Assembly (NCBI GenBank): GCA_900320925.1
Contig: ONUD01000069.1
Coordinates: 1-30,367, forward strand
DNA length: 30,367 nt
Reading direction: 5' to 3'
Source: an uncultured Eubacteriales bacterium
GTDB lineage: Bacteria > Bacillota > Clostridia > Oscillospirales > Acutalibacteraceae
Each line of letters opens with the position of its first letter. Positions within the stretch are counted from its first letter, which is position 1. Below, piece by piece: positions 8,945-16,953 of this stretch. The notes under the pieces are model-generated. The model saw nothing but the letters and a program-made list of their open reading frames with translations, searched no databases and was not told the origin of the DNA. The translations under genes were made by a program, and so were the position numbers.

Positions 8945-8973
8945 ATCATACCATATCTCTTCCCAAAAATCAA
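8945..8973 (-). promoter_or_regulatory. sigma-A promoter for the glycosylation operon
   Basis: Minus strand TTGATT-17 nt-TATGAT with an extended TG. Confidence 0.65.
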
Positions 8974-9000
8974 TCATGCCTGTCAGAATTTTTACCAATC

Positions 9001-9030
9001 AAAAAAACTGCCACCTCAAAGAGATGGCAG
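9001..9030 (-). terminator. Intrinsic terminator after trpS
   Basis: Minus strand CTGCCATCTC-TTT-GAGGTGGCAG stem (one G.U) followed by T7, 6 nt after the trpS stop. Confidence 0.8.
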
Positions 9031-9036
9031 GAAATC

Positions 9037-10041
9037 TTATTTGGCAAGGAAACCGATTTTTTTCATCGCCTTGTCAAGGGTACGTTGGGAGAGGTGCAGG
9101 GCAAAGTCTGCCCCCTTGCGGTACTGCTCGACAAGGGAATCTTTATGGCGGATATAGTCGTTAAAGCGTTCTTGAATGGGGCGAAGCTCCTCGATGACCG
9201 CTTCGGCAACGGCGGTTTTAAAATCCCCGTAGCCCTTGCCCTCAAACTCCACGGCAATCTCCTCAGCGGTCTTGCCCGTCACGGCACTCATAATGCCAAT
9301 GAGGTTGTTAATGCCGTCCTTGCCCTCACCGACACGCACCACGGCTTCGGAGTCAGTGACAGCTCTCTTGAATTTCCTCATGATGACATCGGGGGAATCC
9401 AGTACTGCCACCCATGCATTGACGTTTTCATCGGACTTGGACATTTTTTTAGTGGGATCCTGCAGGGACATGACTCTTGCCCCGACCTGTGAAATATACG
9501 GATCAGGCACGGTAAAGACATTGCCGTAAATGCCGTTGAAACGTTCGGCAATATTGCGGGAGAGTTCCAAGTGCTGTTTCTGGTCAGCCCCCACGGGAAC
9601 CATGTCTGCCTGATACAACAGAATATCTGCCGCCATGAGGGACGGATAGGCAAACAAGCCGGCATTCACATTGTCAGCGTGTTTCAGGGACTTGTCCTTA
9701 AACTGCGTCATGCGGGAGAGTTCCCCGAACTGGGTATAGCAGTTCAGAATCCATGCCAGTTCCGCATGGGTATGGACATGGCTCTGGATAAAGAACGGAC
9801 TTTTTGCCGTATCAATGCCGCAGGCAAGAAGCAGGGCATAGGCATTCAGGATATTCTGACGGAATTTCTGAGGCTCCTGCCTGACGGTGATGGCATGGAG
9901 GTCAGCCACGGCAAAAATGCAGTGGTAATCGTCCTGCAACTTGACCCAGTTCCGCAAAGCACCCAGATAATTGCCGAGTGTAATGGTGCCGCTGGGCTGG
10001 ATGGCACTGAAAATAACCTTTTTCTTTTCGGAAGCTTCCAT
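9037..10041 (-). CDS. trpS: Tryptophan--tRNA ligase
   Basis: FSAIQPSG-TLGNYLGAL (HIGH equivalent), YPSLMAADILLY, VPVGADQKQHLEL and KMSKS; TAATG overlap with the upstream gene. Confidence 0.97.
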   Translation of the reverse strand: MEASEKKKVIFSAIQPSGTITLGNYLGALRNWVKLQDDYHCIFAVADLHAITVRQEPQKFRQNILNAYALLLACGIDTAKSPFFIQSHVHTHAELAWILNCYTQFGELSRMTQFKDKSLKHADNVNAGLFAYPSLMAADILLYQADMVPVGADQKQHLELSRNIAERFNGIYGNVFTVPDPYISQVGARVMSLQDPTKKMSKSDENVNAWVAVLDSPDVIMRKFKRAVTDSEAVVRVGEGKDGINNLIGIMSAVTGKTAEEIAVEFEGKGYGDFKTAVAEAVIEELRPIQERFNDYIRHKDSLVEQYRKGADFALHLSQRTLDKAMKKIGFLAK

Positions 10042-11231
10042 TACAGTACCTCCTTGGCAAGTTCACCGAGAATTTTGATCCCCTTTTCCAACTGTTCATC
10101 GGTAGGAGTGGAGAAGTTGATACGGAAGGAACTGCACTGCTCGCTTTCATCGGTAAGGAACGCATTTCCGGGTACAACGCATACTTTGCGGAGAACTGCC
10201 TGCTTGCAGAAATCCACCATGTCCACACCCTCCGGCAGTTTACACCAGATAAACAGACCGCCTTCAATTTTCTGGTAGGTAATCTTATTGGGAACCAGGT
10301 AACGGTCTAACAGTTCCATGCAGAAATCAGCCTTTTTGCGGTAGATTTCACGCAGATTTTCCAGATGTGCCTTAAAGTCGTATTCCGTCATAAATTTGCA
10401 GGCAACCATCTGTGACCAGATGTTGGTATGCACGTCCTCGCCCTGCTTGCAAACAATCATTTTCTGGACAATTTCTTTCGGTGCAATGACATAGCCCACA
10501 CGCATACCCGGGGACAGGATTTTCGAGAAGGAACCGACATAAGCCACAATGCCGTCCTCGTCAAAGGACTTGATCGGCGGGATATTTTCGCCGCTGATCC
10601 GCAGTTCACCATAGGGGTTATCCTCTAAAATCATCACGCCGTACTGCTTGGCAAGTGCATAAATTTGTTTTCTTTTTGCAAGGCTGGTCGTCACGCCTGA
10701 GGGATTCTGGAAGTTGGCAATAATGTAGATAAAACGGACATTTTTTTCGGTTTGGAGAGCCTTTTCCAGTGCTTCTATATTCATGCCGTCATGCTCTAGC
10801 GGGATACCGCACAGGCGTGCATTGTACGAACGGAACGAATTGAGGGAACCGATAAAGCTTGGTGCTTCACAAATCACGGTATCTCCCTCATTGACCATGG
10901 ATTTTGTAATCAAATCCATGACCTGCTGTGCCCCTGATGTAATAATCAGGTCATCGAAATCTCTGCCCACATGGTAATGCTCTTTCATATAGTCACCGAC
11001 CGCTTTTCTCAGGGGAGCATATCCCTCTGTCACACTGTACTGGAGGGCAGCAATGGGGTTGTCCCGAAAGATATTGGCGGAGATTTCGGCAATTTCCTTG
11101 ACAGGGAATGCTTCCGGGGCAGGGTTGCCTGCGGAGAGGGATACCACCGTAGGATCGGCGGCATATTTAAAAATTTCTCTGATTGCAGAGGGTTTCAGGG
11201 TCTTTACCCTCTCAGAAAGGATATATTCCAT
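10041..11231 (-). CDS. PLP-dependent aminotransferase class I/II (2-aminoadipate/aromatic aminotransferase, LysN-like)
   Basis: PSAIREIFK, NFQNPSG, EDNPY, GSFSKILSPGMRVG (PLP lysine) and FRINFS. True start MEYILSER at 11231 (the track ORF to 11342 runs through the promoter). Confidence 0.9.
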   Translation of the reverse strand: MEYILSERVKTLKPSAIREIFKYAADPTVVSLSAGNPAPEAFPVKEIAEISANIFRDNPIAALQYSVTEGYAPLRKAVGDYMKEHYHVGRDFDDLIITSGAQQVMDLITKSMVNEGDTVICEAPSFIGSLNSFRSYNARLCGIPLEHDGMNIEALEKALQTEKNVRFIYIIANFQNPSGVTTSLAKRKQIYALAKQYGVMILEDNPYGELRISGENIPPIKSFDEDGIVAYVGSFSKILSPGMRVGYVIAPKEIVQKMIVCKQGEDVHTNIWSQMVACKFMTEYDFKAHLENLREIYRKKADFCMELLDRYLVPNKITYQKIEGGLFIWCKLPEGVDMVDFCKQAVLRKVCVVPGNAFLTDESEQCSSFRINFSTPTDEQLEKGIKILGELAKEVL

Positions 11232-11265
11232 CAAAAACAACTTCTTTCTCTTTAAGATACTTCCC

Positions 11266-11294
11266 ATTTTATCACATCTTTCCCCATCTTGCAA
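11266..11294 (-). promoter_or_regulatory. sigma-A promoter for aminotransferase-trpS
   Basis: TTGCAA-17 nt-TAAAAT with an extended TG, 34 nt upstream of the ATG at 11231. Confidence 0.7.
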
Positions 11295-11404
11295 GAACTT
11301 TATCTTTCTTATGGGAACCGCATAAAACAATCCATAAGCCAATCTGAAAATGGCACAAAGGGATACGTTTGCCCGCTGTTTGACATTGCAGGAAAGTTAC
11401 TGTC

Positions 11405-11538
11405 TTGCCGCCACGCTCCCTCCGTCAAAAACCGTTGTAACTTCATTACGTGAGATACGTTCTATCGGTTCTCAAAGTTAATTACAATTATCACTCCGTT
11501 TGTACGGTTTTTGCCACCTCCCTCACGGGGGGAGGCTT
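11405..11538 (-). repeat. REP-like palindromic element, copy A
   Basis: Its ends match copy B in inverted orientation: 26/26 nt at 11405-11430 and 28/30 nt at 11509-11538. Internal 10-bp stem 11426-11435/11504-11513. Confidence 0.8.
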
Positions 11539-11589
11539 GCGTTACTTTATCCCTTGCCAAAATTTCTGCCAAAGTGGTAAGCAGTAGAT

Positions 11590-11721
11590 AAGCCTCCCTC
11601 TGTGAGGGAGGTGGCAAAAGCTGGTAATTTATCTTCCGAAATGCCATAGTTTTCTTCACACAATGAAGTGATGGAACAACAGGAAGTTGTCCAGCTTTTG
11701 ACGGAGGGAGCGTGGCGGCAA
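11590..11721 (+). repeat. REP-like palindromic element, copy B
   Basis: AAGCCTCCCTCTGTGAGGGAGGTGGCAAAA...TTTTGACGGAGGGAGCGTGGCGGCAA; internal 10-bp stem 11615-11624/11691-11700. Confidence 0.8.
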
Positions 11722-11803
11722 AGCAGTATCCATTGTCATATCTTTCAGCGGGAAAATGAATTGGTGCATTTTCGCAATACTTTCTTAAATTTGCTCATTG
11801 ACA

Positions 11804-11833
11804 GTATAAAAGCTTGTTGTGCTGTCCACAATG
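11804..11833 (+). promoter_or_regulatory. Putative sigma-F (forespore) promoter of spoIIR
   Basis: GTATA-15 nt-GTCCACAATG against the sigF consensus GYATA-15-GGNNANAHTR (one mismatch). spoIIR is a known sigF target in Bacillus and Clostridium. Confidence 0.65.
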
Positions 11834-11862
11834 AGGGTAGGAAATCAAAGGAGGTTACATAG

Positions 11863-12456
11863 ATGAAATTACTGGTCAAAGCGGTTCTGTGCGGCTATTT
11901 CATTGCATGTCTGCTGTCCATGACGGGATTTTGCAGTATTTGCGGAAAGATACGGGAAGATGTGTTCCGCCTGCACATTATTGCCAACTCCGACAGTGCG
12001 GCGGATCAGGCACTGAAATACAAGGTGCGTGACGGCTTGCTGGCCTATACGTCAGTCCTGTTCCAAGACTGCCGTACCAGAGAGGAAGCCGTTGCCGCCG
12101 CCAAAAACAATACGGACAAGCTGCGTGCTTATGCACAGGAGCTTGTCCGTGAAAACGGTTCAGAGGATACGGTGGATGCCTATGTCACCGCCATGCCGTT
12201 CACGACACGGGTCTATGAAGAGTTCACCCTGCCGGCAGGAACCTATGATGCCCTGCGTATCGTCATCGGCAGGGGAGAGGGACACAACTGGTGGTGTGTC
12301 TTATATCCTGCCTTGTGCATTCCCACTGCACAGGGAAATCCGCTGGAAACACTCGACAGTTGTGAAACCGATGTCATGACCAACAGTGACGAATACGAAG
12401 TGAAGTTCAAGGTAGCCGAATTATGGGAAAGCCTTTGTTCATGGTTCCGACACTGA
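11863..12456 (+). CDS. spoIIR: Stage II sporulation protein R
   Basis: N-terminal signal, RLHIIANSDS..DQALKYKVRD, LPAGTYDALRIVIGRGEGHNWWCVLYPALC; AAGGAGG RBS. Confidence 0.95.
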   Translation: MKLLVKAVLCGYFIACLLSMTGFCSICGKIREDVFRLHIIANSDSAADQALKYKVRDGLLAYTSVLFQDCRTREEAVAAAKNNTDKLRAYAQELVRENGSEDTVDAYVTAMPFTTRVYEEFTLPAGTYDALRIVIGRGEGHNWWCVLYPALCIPTAQGNPLETLDSCETDVMTNSDEYEVKFKVAELWESLCSWFRH

Positions 12457-15400
12457 GCTGTCCCAGACACTGTAATTGGATTTTTGGTTTTTCTTGACGG
12501 CATAGAGTTTTGTATCGGCGTGCTTGAGGGCGATGTTCATAGAATCCTGATTATAGCTTGGTTCAGAAGCAATGCCAATCGAGCAGGAAACACGGTGGTT
12601 TTCGGGGATGTCAATTTTTTCTCCGACAGCGGACTGTATTTCCGCAATAAAGTGGTTGCTTTCGTCAATCGCCTTGTAGATGGCTTTGGCCAGTGCCACA
12701 CCTTCCTCGGTAGTATGCTCCGGCATGACAATCAGAAATTCATCGCCCCCGTAGCGGACAATGTAACCCTTGTTGGCAGTCACACGCTCGAACATTCTGG
12801 AAAAGGCAATCAATATTTCATCCCCCACATCATGGCCGAATGTATCATTGCAGAACTTGAAATTATCAAGGTCAATGTACAGCAGAGTGAAGCATACATC
12901 ACTGCGTTTGCCTTTCTGCACCATGCTGTCGTAATCATCAATCTTTTTGGCAAAGCCCTGCCGGTTCAGCAGGCCTGTCAGCAGGTCAGTTACCGCACTT
13001 TGCTGGAGTTTTTTGTTCATCTGGCTGATTTCGTCACGGGCTTTAAGACGGTAGAGCGTATCTGTCATCTGGCGGAGGGCAAACTTGAAGATGGTCAGGT
13101 CGTTCCTGTCAAGGAAGATAATGCCGCCTGTCATATTCTCGTGCATTTCGATGGAGGCAATCATGAAACCTGTCAGTTCATCGCCCTGTGAGAGCGGCAC
13201 GCAGGCAAAAGAAACAATATTGTTGACGCCAAACAAAGATAAAATAGAGGTATATTCATAGAATTCCCTGTCAAAGCGGTTAGCAACCACTTCTTTTTTA
13301 TGCTTGGTAAAGTAGGAGGTGATGTCCTCGAGCATTTCCTCATCAATGACCAGATCACTGCTGTTGTAGCGGATCACGGGCTTGCGGCGGACGACCTCCA
13401 CGTACAGAATGCTGTCAATATTGTAGTTGTTCTGCATAGTGGCCATGGAATTTTCGATAATATCATGAGCCGTTGCATTTTCCTTGTTCAGCAGTTCCTG
13501 CCATGCCACAAGGAAGTCAATGCCCTTGTTTCTGTCGGCAAGCATCATTTTCATTTCGGACTGCTGAGCCAGATCCTCGATCTGGTACTTGCTCACGGTT
13601 TTCAGCGGAAGAGGGATATGCTTTAAGATCAGGGACTGCTTGTGGAGCTTGGCAAACAGCATTTCCTCCTTATGCTTATAGCCGTTTTTATTGCAGAACT
13701 CCATGCAGGCTTCCAGCACTTCTTTTGCCATTTCGGGCTTGTTCTGGAGTTCATAGAGTTCCGCCTGTTCTGCGGCGAACATGGCATAGACAAAGAACAG
13801 CAAACCATCACTGCGGAACATATGGTATCTTGCCTTGTCAAAGTATTCCTGTGCTTTTTCAATGCTTTCGGACTTTTCAAGCAGTCCGCTGACAAAGTAG
13901 TAGAAAAACATATCATCGTCCCACAGGAAAAAGCGGTTTTCCGCATCGGAATGGATAATATGGTAAATAACCCGTTCCATCTTGTTGAGGTAGAAGTGGG
14001 CGTTGTATTCGATTCCCATGCGATAGCTGCAATAAACGATCATGCCGTACAGCTTAGAGAGGTTGCAGACTCTCATTCTCTGCTGTTTGATGGAGCGGAG
14101 CAGCTTGATGCAGTAAATCAGATAGTGGTAAGCGGTTTCACAGTTATCAGCCAGAATGGCATTCGTTGCCATATTATAGAGAGTTTCCGCCACGTAATAG
14201 GTATTTTTCTGCTGATAGAACAGGTCAAGAGCCTTGTTGAAGTAGTCGTTGGCAATAACGAACTGTTCACTTACAATGCGGTTGAAGCCCAGACCGTTGT
14301 AAATAGAAGCTTCTTCGGCAATATTGTTCTGCCCCTCAATAATCTCCAGACATTTTTTATAGTAATAGTCCACATAGCCGAAACAGCCGTAGCCCTGTGC
14401 CAGAAAGACATTTTTCATCCAAGCGGCAATCATCAGCCGTTCATTTTTCAGCATTTTCGCAATGCCCATCGCTTTTTTGAAGCTTTCCTGATCCTCGCAT
14501 TTAGCGGCATCGTCCATGAAATTTTCTTTCGCATTGCAGCAGCCGAACAGCAGGGTATGGGCTAAATGGTTGTACATTTTGTACTCCAACGCCTTTTTGA
14601 TAAAATCCTCGAGTTTTTCTCCCTCTGCGGTTCTGTCCCAGCGGTAGGAATTTGTCCAGCCGTCCAGCTTGCAGATATATTTCAGGAGCTGTGCCGTAAA
14701 GATATACCGCTGGGCACCGCTCTTCTGGGCGATTTTCATGCACTTCTCGGAATTTTTCTTGGCAAGGTTCGGCTGTCCGCCGTACACCTCGCACAGCGTC
14801 AGCAGATAGTGATAACGGAAGGTATAAATCATATTGGGGTGCTTGTTGTTGACATTCTTGAGTTTATCGCACATCATCAGTGCTGTTGTCAGGCTCATAT
14901 CATAGAGTGCCGCCGTGGCATAGAGGATATAGAACTTCGCACAGCTCTTGGCACTGAGATGGACTTTTTCGGTAATAATCTTGGTATAGACGATTTTCAG
15001 ATAATACATTGCCTGCTTGATGGCAAGTGTCTGGATCATGTTGTTAATCAGCAGGAGGTAGTGCGGGAACTCTGCCGCAAGGGGTTCAAAGCTCTCGGTA
15101 AGGTTGGCAGTTGTCTGGGCGTCCTGCATATTCCAGTCCAGCATATAGTTAAGATCCTCAATCTTTCTCACCAATTTTGTCCAGGTATCCGCCGTGTAGG
15201 AGGTCACGGAATAGGCTTCGTTGTAATTGGCAAGCAGGGAGATATTGGTATAATTTTTCTGGATAAATTCCAGCAGGAAATTCAGGGTAGAATTTTCGGC
15301 AATATGCAGTCGGTTCAGAACCAGCAAAAGGGTATGTTCTCTGGAGATATAGGAGAAAGTCTTGGCGAGGGAATCGGCAAACTGCTTTTTTTCGTATTCT

Positions 15401-15780
15401 GCTTCCACCACGATAATATCCTCACTGCGTCTGCATTCTCCCGTCATGATATAGCTTTCGATGGCAGAACGGCTCTGATAGTAGACATCCGCCTGTTCCA
15501 GAAAATCAGCGGCAGGCATCTTGAGGTAAAACTTGAAATAAAGCTGCTTGATCCAGCCCAGAAACGGTTCATAGGCTTCCTGCATACGGCTGGCACCGAA
15601 CTCATGGTACAGCAGTTCAATTTTACTGCTGCTCTGTGCAACAGCCGCCTGAATATCCTCTACAGGCACATTCAGGGTATTGTAATGCTTCACAAAGAGG
15701 ATACTGCTGTGTTTTTGTTCCAGACCGTGTATGATAGAATCCACGATTTTTCTGGTATACAGTTGCGAACAAGACTCCAT
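12439..15780 (-). CDS. Large diguanylate cyclase: degenerate STAND/AAA_16-like N-terminus, TPR region, GAF-like region, GGDEF domain
   Basis: C-terminal IDLDNFKFCNDTFGHDVGD and RYGGDEF are intact. TPR-like helices (YNGLGFNRI..FVIANDYFNKALDL..AETLYNMA). AGGAGG RBS. Confidence 0.85.
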   Translation of the reverse strand: MESCSQLYTRKIVDSIIHGLEQKHSSILFVKHYNTLNVPVEDIQAAVAQSSSKIELLYHEFGASRMQEAYEPFLGWIKQLYFKFYLKMPAADFLEQADVYYQSRSAIESYIMTGECRRSEDIIVVEAEYEKKQFADSLAKTFSYISREHTLLLVLNRLHIAENSTLNFLLEFIQKNYTNISLLANYNEAYSVTSYTADTWTKLVRKIEDLNYMLDWNMQDAQTTANLTESFEPLAAEFPHYLLLINNMIQTLAIKQAMYYLKIVYTKIITEKVHLSAKSCAKFYILYATAALYDMSLTTALMMCDKLKNVNNKHPNMIYTFRYHYLLTLCEVYGGQPNLAKKNSEKCMKIAQKSGAQRYIFTAQLLKYICKLDGWTNSYRWDRTAEGEKLEDFIKKALEYKMYNHLAHTLLFGCCNAKENFMDDAAKCEDQESFKKAMGIAKMLKNERLMIAAWMKNVFLAQGYGCFGYVDYYYKKCLEIIEGQNNIAEEASIYNGLGFNRIVSEQFVIANDYFNKALDLFYQQKNTYYVAETLYNMATNAILADNCETAYHYLIYCIKLLRSIKQQRMRVCNLSKLYGMIVYCSYRMGIEYNAHFYLNKMERVIYHIIHSDAENRFFLWDDDMFFYYFVSGLLEKSESIEKAQEYFDKARYHMFRSDGLLFFVYAMFAAEQAELYELQNKPEMAKEVLEACMEFCNKNGYKHKEEMLFAKLHKQSLILKHIPLPLKTVSKYQIEDLAQQSEMKMMLADRNKGIDFLVAWQELLNKENATAHDIIENSMATMQNNYNIDSILYVEVVRRKPVIRYNSSDLVIDEEMLEDITSYFTKHKKEVVANRFDREFYEYTSILSLFGVNNIVSFACVPLSQGDELTGFMIASIEMHENMTGGIIFLDRNDLTIFKFALRQMTDTLYRLKARDEISQMNKKLQQSAVTDLLTGLLNRQGFAKKIDDYDSMVQKGKRSDVCFTLLYIDLDNFKFCNDTFGHDVGDEILIAFSRMFERVTANKGYIVRYGGDEFLIVMPEHTTEEGVALAKAIYKAIDESNHFIAEIQSAVGEKIDIPENHRVSCSIGIASEPSYNQDSMNIALKHADTKLYAVKKNQKSNYSVWDSSVSEP

Positions 15781-15886
15781 TCTATCTGCCTCCTAACAGC
15801 ATGGGTAAATTTCGACCCTATCTTATTTATACTATCACAAGTTTCTATGTTTGAAATGACTTCTTTGTTAATTTTGTATGTATAAA

Positions 15887-16690
15887 TTATGAACGGTCAT
15901 AATTGGTATAGTGTCCGTATTCCCCTTTCAGGGCAAAATCTGCAATAAAAAATTCTTTCCCCTCCACGGAAAAATAATAGTACTGCACAGGGGTATCGTT
16001 CGTATAGGGTTCCTCTCCGATATAGACATTCACCTCTGACGGGTCAAGTCCTGTATCGGCAAACCGCTTTTTTTCCTTACGGAGATAGACGGCTTTGCGG
16101 TTCAGGCTTTTTCCTTCATTGATGTAGAATTCGTCATATTCATCATCCGCATCCACCCATTTTTGCTGGTGTATTTGATATCTGCCCAGCCGTTTTCCCT
16201 GACGGTCATAAAAGCCGAGATGGGAGTCCTTGAAGTATTGTCTGCTGTCAAAGTCGGCGATGATGGCTGACAGTTTCTCGGCAATGGTACGGGCATCGTT
16301 GGCTTCACACGTGACGTTGATGAAGTCAAAACTGTCCCCGTCATCTCTTTGGGCATGATACTCGCTGATGACATTGTCCAGTGCCGTGCGGCAGTGCTTG
16401 TACATTTCCTGTTTATATTGTGTACCGAAATCGCTTTTGGTATCCTCGACACTGCCGAAATCACTGCCGTCAATGAGGATCTTGTCCATCTCGCTGGCAA
16501 CATAGTAGGTAAAGCCGTATTCTTTGTCACGGAAGGTACACTTCCGCCCTGCCGACACTTCCTCTTCTGACAATAACTCACACGCTCCAAACTGCTGTTG
16601 TGCATAGCGGACGATTTGCTGTTCCGACTTCACTCTGCACGAACACAGGCATACCGCACATAACAGCAGTATCCACCATTTTTTCATCAT
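15887..16690 (-). CDS. Lipoprotein of unknown function
   Basis: MMKKWWILLLCAVCLCSC has a basic N-region, a hydrophobic H-region and lipobox L-C-S-C; GGAGG RBS before the ATG at 16690. Confidence 0.8.
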   Translation of the reverse strand: MMKKWWILLLCAVCLCSCRVKSEQQIVRYAQQQFGACELLSEEEVSAGRKCTFRDKEYGFTYYVASEMDKILIDGSDFGSVEDTKSDFGTQYKQEMYKHCRTALDNVISEYHAQRDDGDSFDFINVTCEANDARTIAEKLSAIIADFDSRQYFKDSHLGFYDRQGKRLGRYQIHQQKWVDADDEYDEFYINEGKSLNRKAVYLRKEKKRFADTGLDPSEVNVYIGEEPYTNDTPVQYYYFSVEGKEFFIADFALKGEYGHYTNYDRS

Positions 16691-16920
16691 ATGCACCTCC
16701 TGACTCTATTGTAATCTACTTCCATTGGTTTTGCAACCGTTGATTGCTCAAAAAAAAACTCCGTGTCCTGATTTTTGGCACGGAGTTTCTTTCTGTTGTA
16801 GGCTTTGGCATTTTTAGTGCATTTCGTGATGGGACTGATGTCCCACAAATGCCGTCGTGACTTGTTGAGCTGTTTTTGTTGTTTCTTGGAGAGCTTCTCA
16901 AAGGGAACAAATTTTTCCAT
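16687..16920 (-). CDS. Small Lys/Arg-rich protein; candidate ArfA/BrfA-like alternative ribosome rescue factor expressed from a non-stop mRNA
   Basis: MEKFVPFEKLSKKQQKQLNKSRRHLWDISPITKCTKNAKAYNRKK...; own consensus promoter, GAGG RBS and in-frame terminator. Coding status is well supported; the function is inference. Confidence 0.65.
   Translation of the reverse strand: MEKFVPFEKLSKKQQKQLNKSRRHLWDISPITKCTKNAKAYNRKKLRAKNQDTEFFFEQSTVAKPMEVDYNRVRRCI
16708..16736 (-). promoter_or_regulatory. sigma-A promoter for the lipoprotein gene, lying inside the 3' end of the 77-codon ORF
   Basis: TTGCAA-17 nt-TACAAT, followed by GGAGG and the ATG at 16690. Confidence 0.7.
16750..16788 (-). terminator. Intrinsic terminator located inside the coding sequence of the 77-aa ORF
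   Basis: Minus strand AAACTCCGTG-CCAAAAATCAGGA-CACGGAGTTT followed by a T run (T9 in total, 16758-16750); spans codons 45-57. Confidence 0.85.
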
Positions 16921-16953
16921 GCAATAACCTCTTTTCTTTTGAGTGATAAGAGC

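Noticed and set aside
11232-11400. T-box riboswitch for trpS
   Set aside because: No T-box consensus or antiterminator/terminator, and the leader after the promoter is too short.
11405-11721. CRISPR array or classical IS/MITE with a target-site duplication
   Set aside because: Only two units, inverted rather than direct; no cas or transposase gene in the window; no TSD identified.
11798-11826. TTGACA upstream of spoIIR as a sigma-A promoter
   Set aside because: No -10 box at 16-18 nt; the overlapping GTATA-15-GTCCACAATG fits sigF better.
11462-11862. ORFs 11462-11659 and 11668-11862
   Set aside because: They run through the REP-like repeats and the spoIIR promoter, with no convincing RBS or family motif.
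13642-15885. Long plus-strand ORFs (307 aa and 439 aa) opposite the DGC gene
   Set aside because: Antisense shadows of a well-formed gene, with no motifs or RBS. The same applies to 1922-2662, 3652-4560, 9571-10278, 20191-21084 and 26103-27594.
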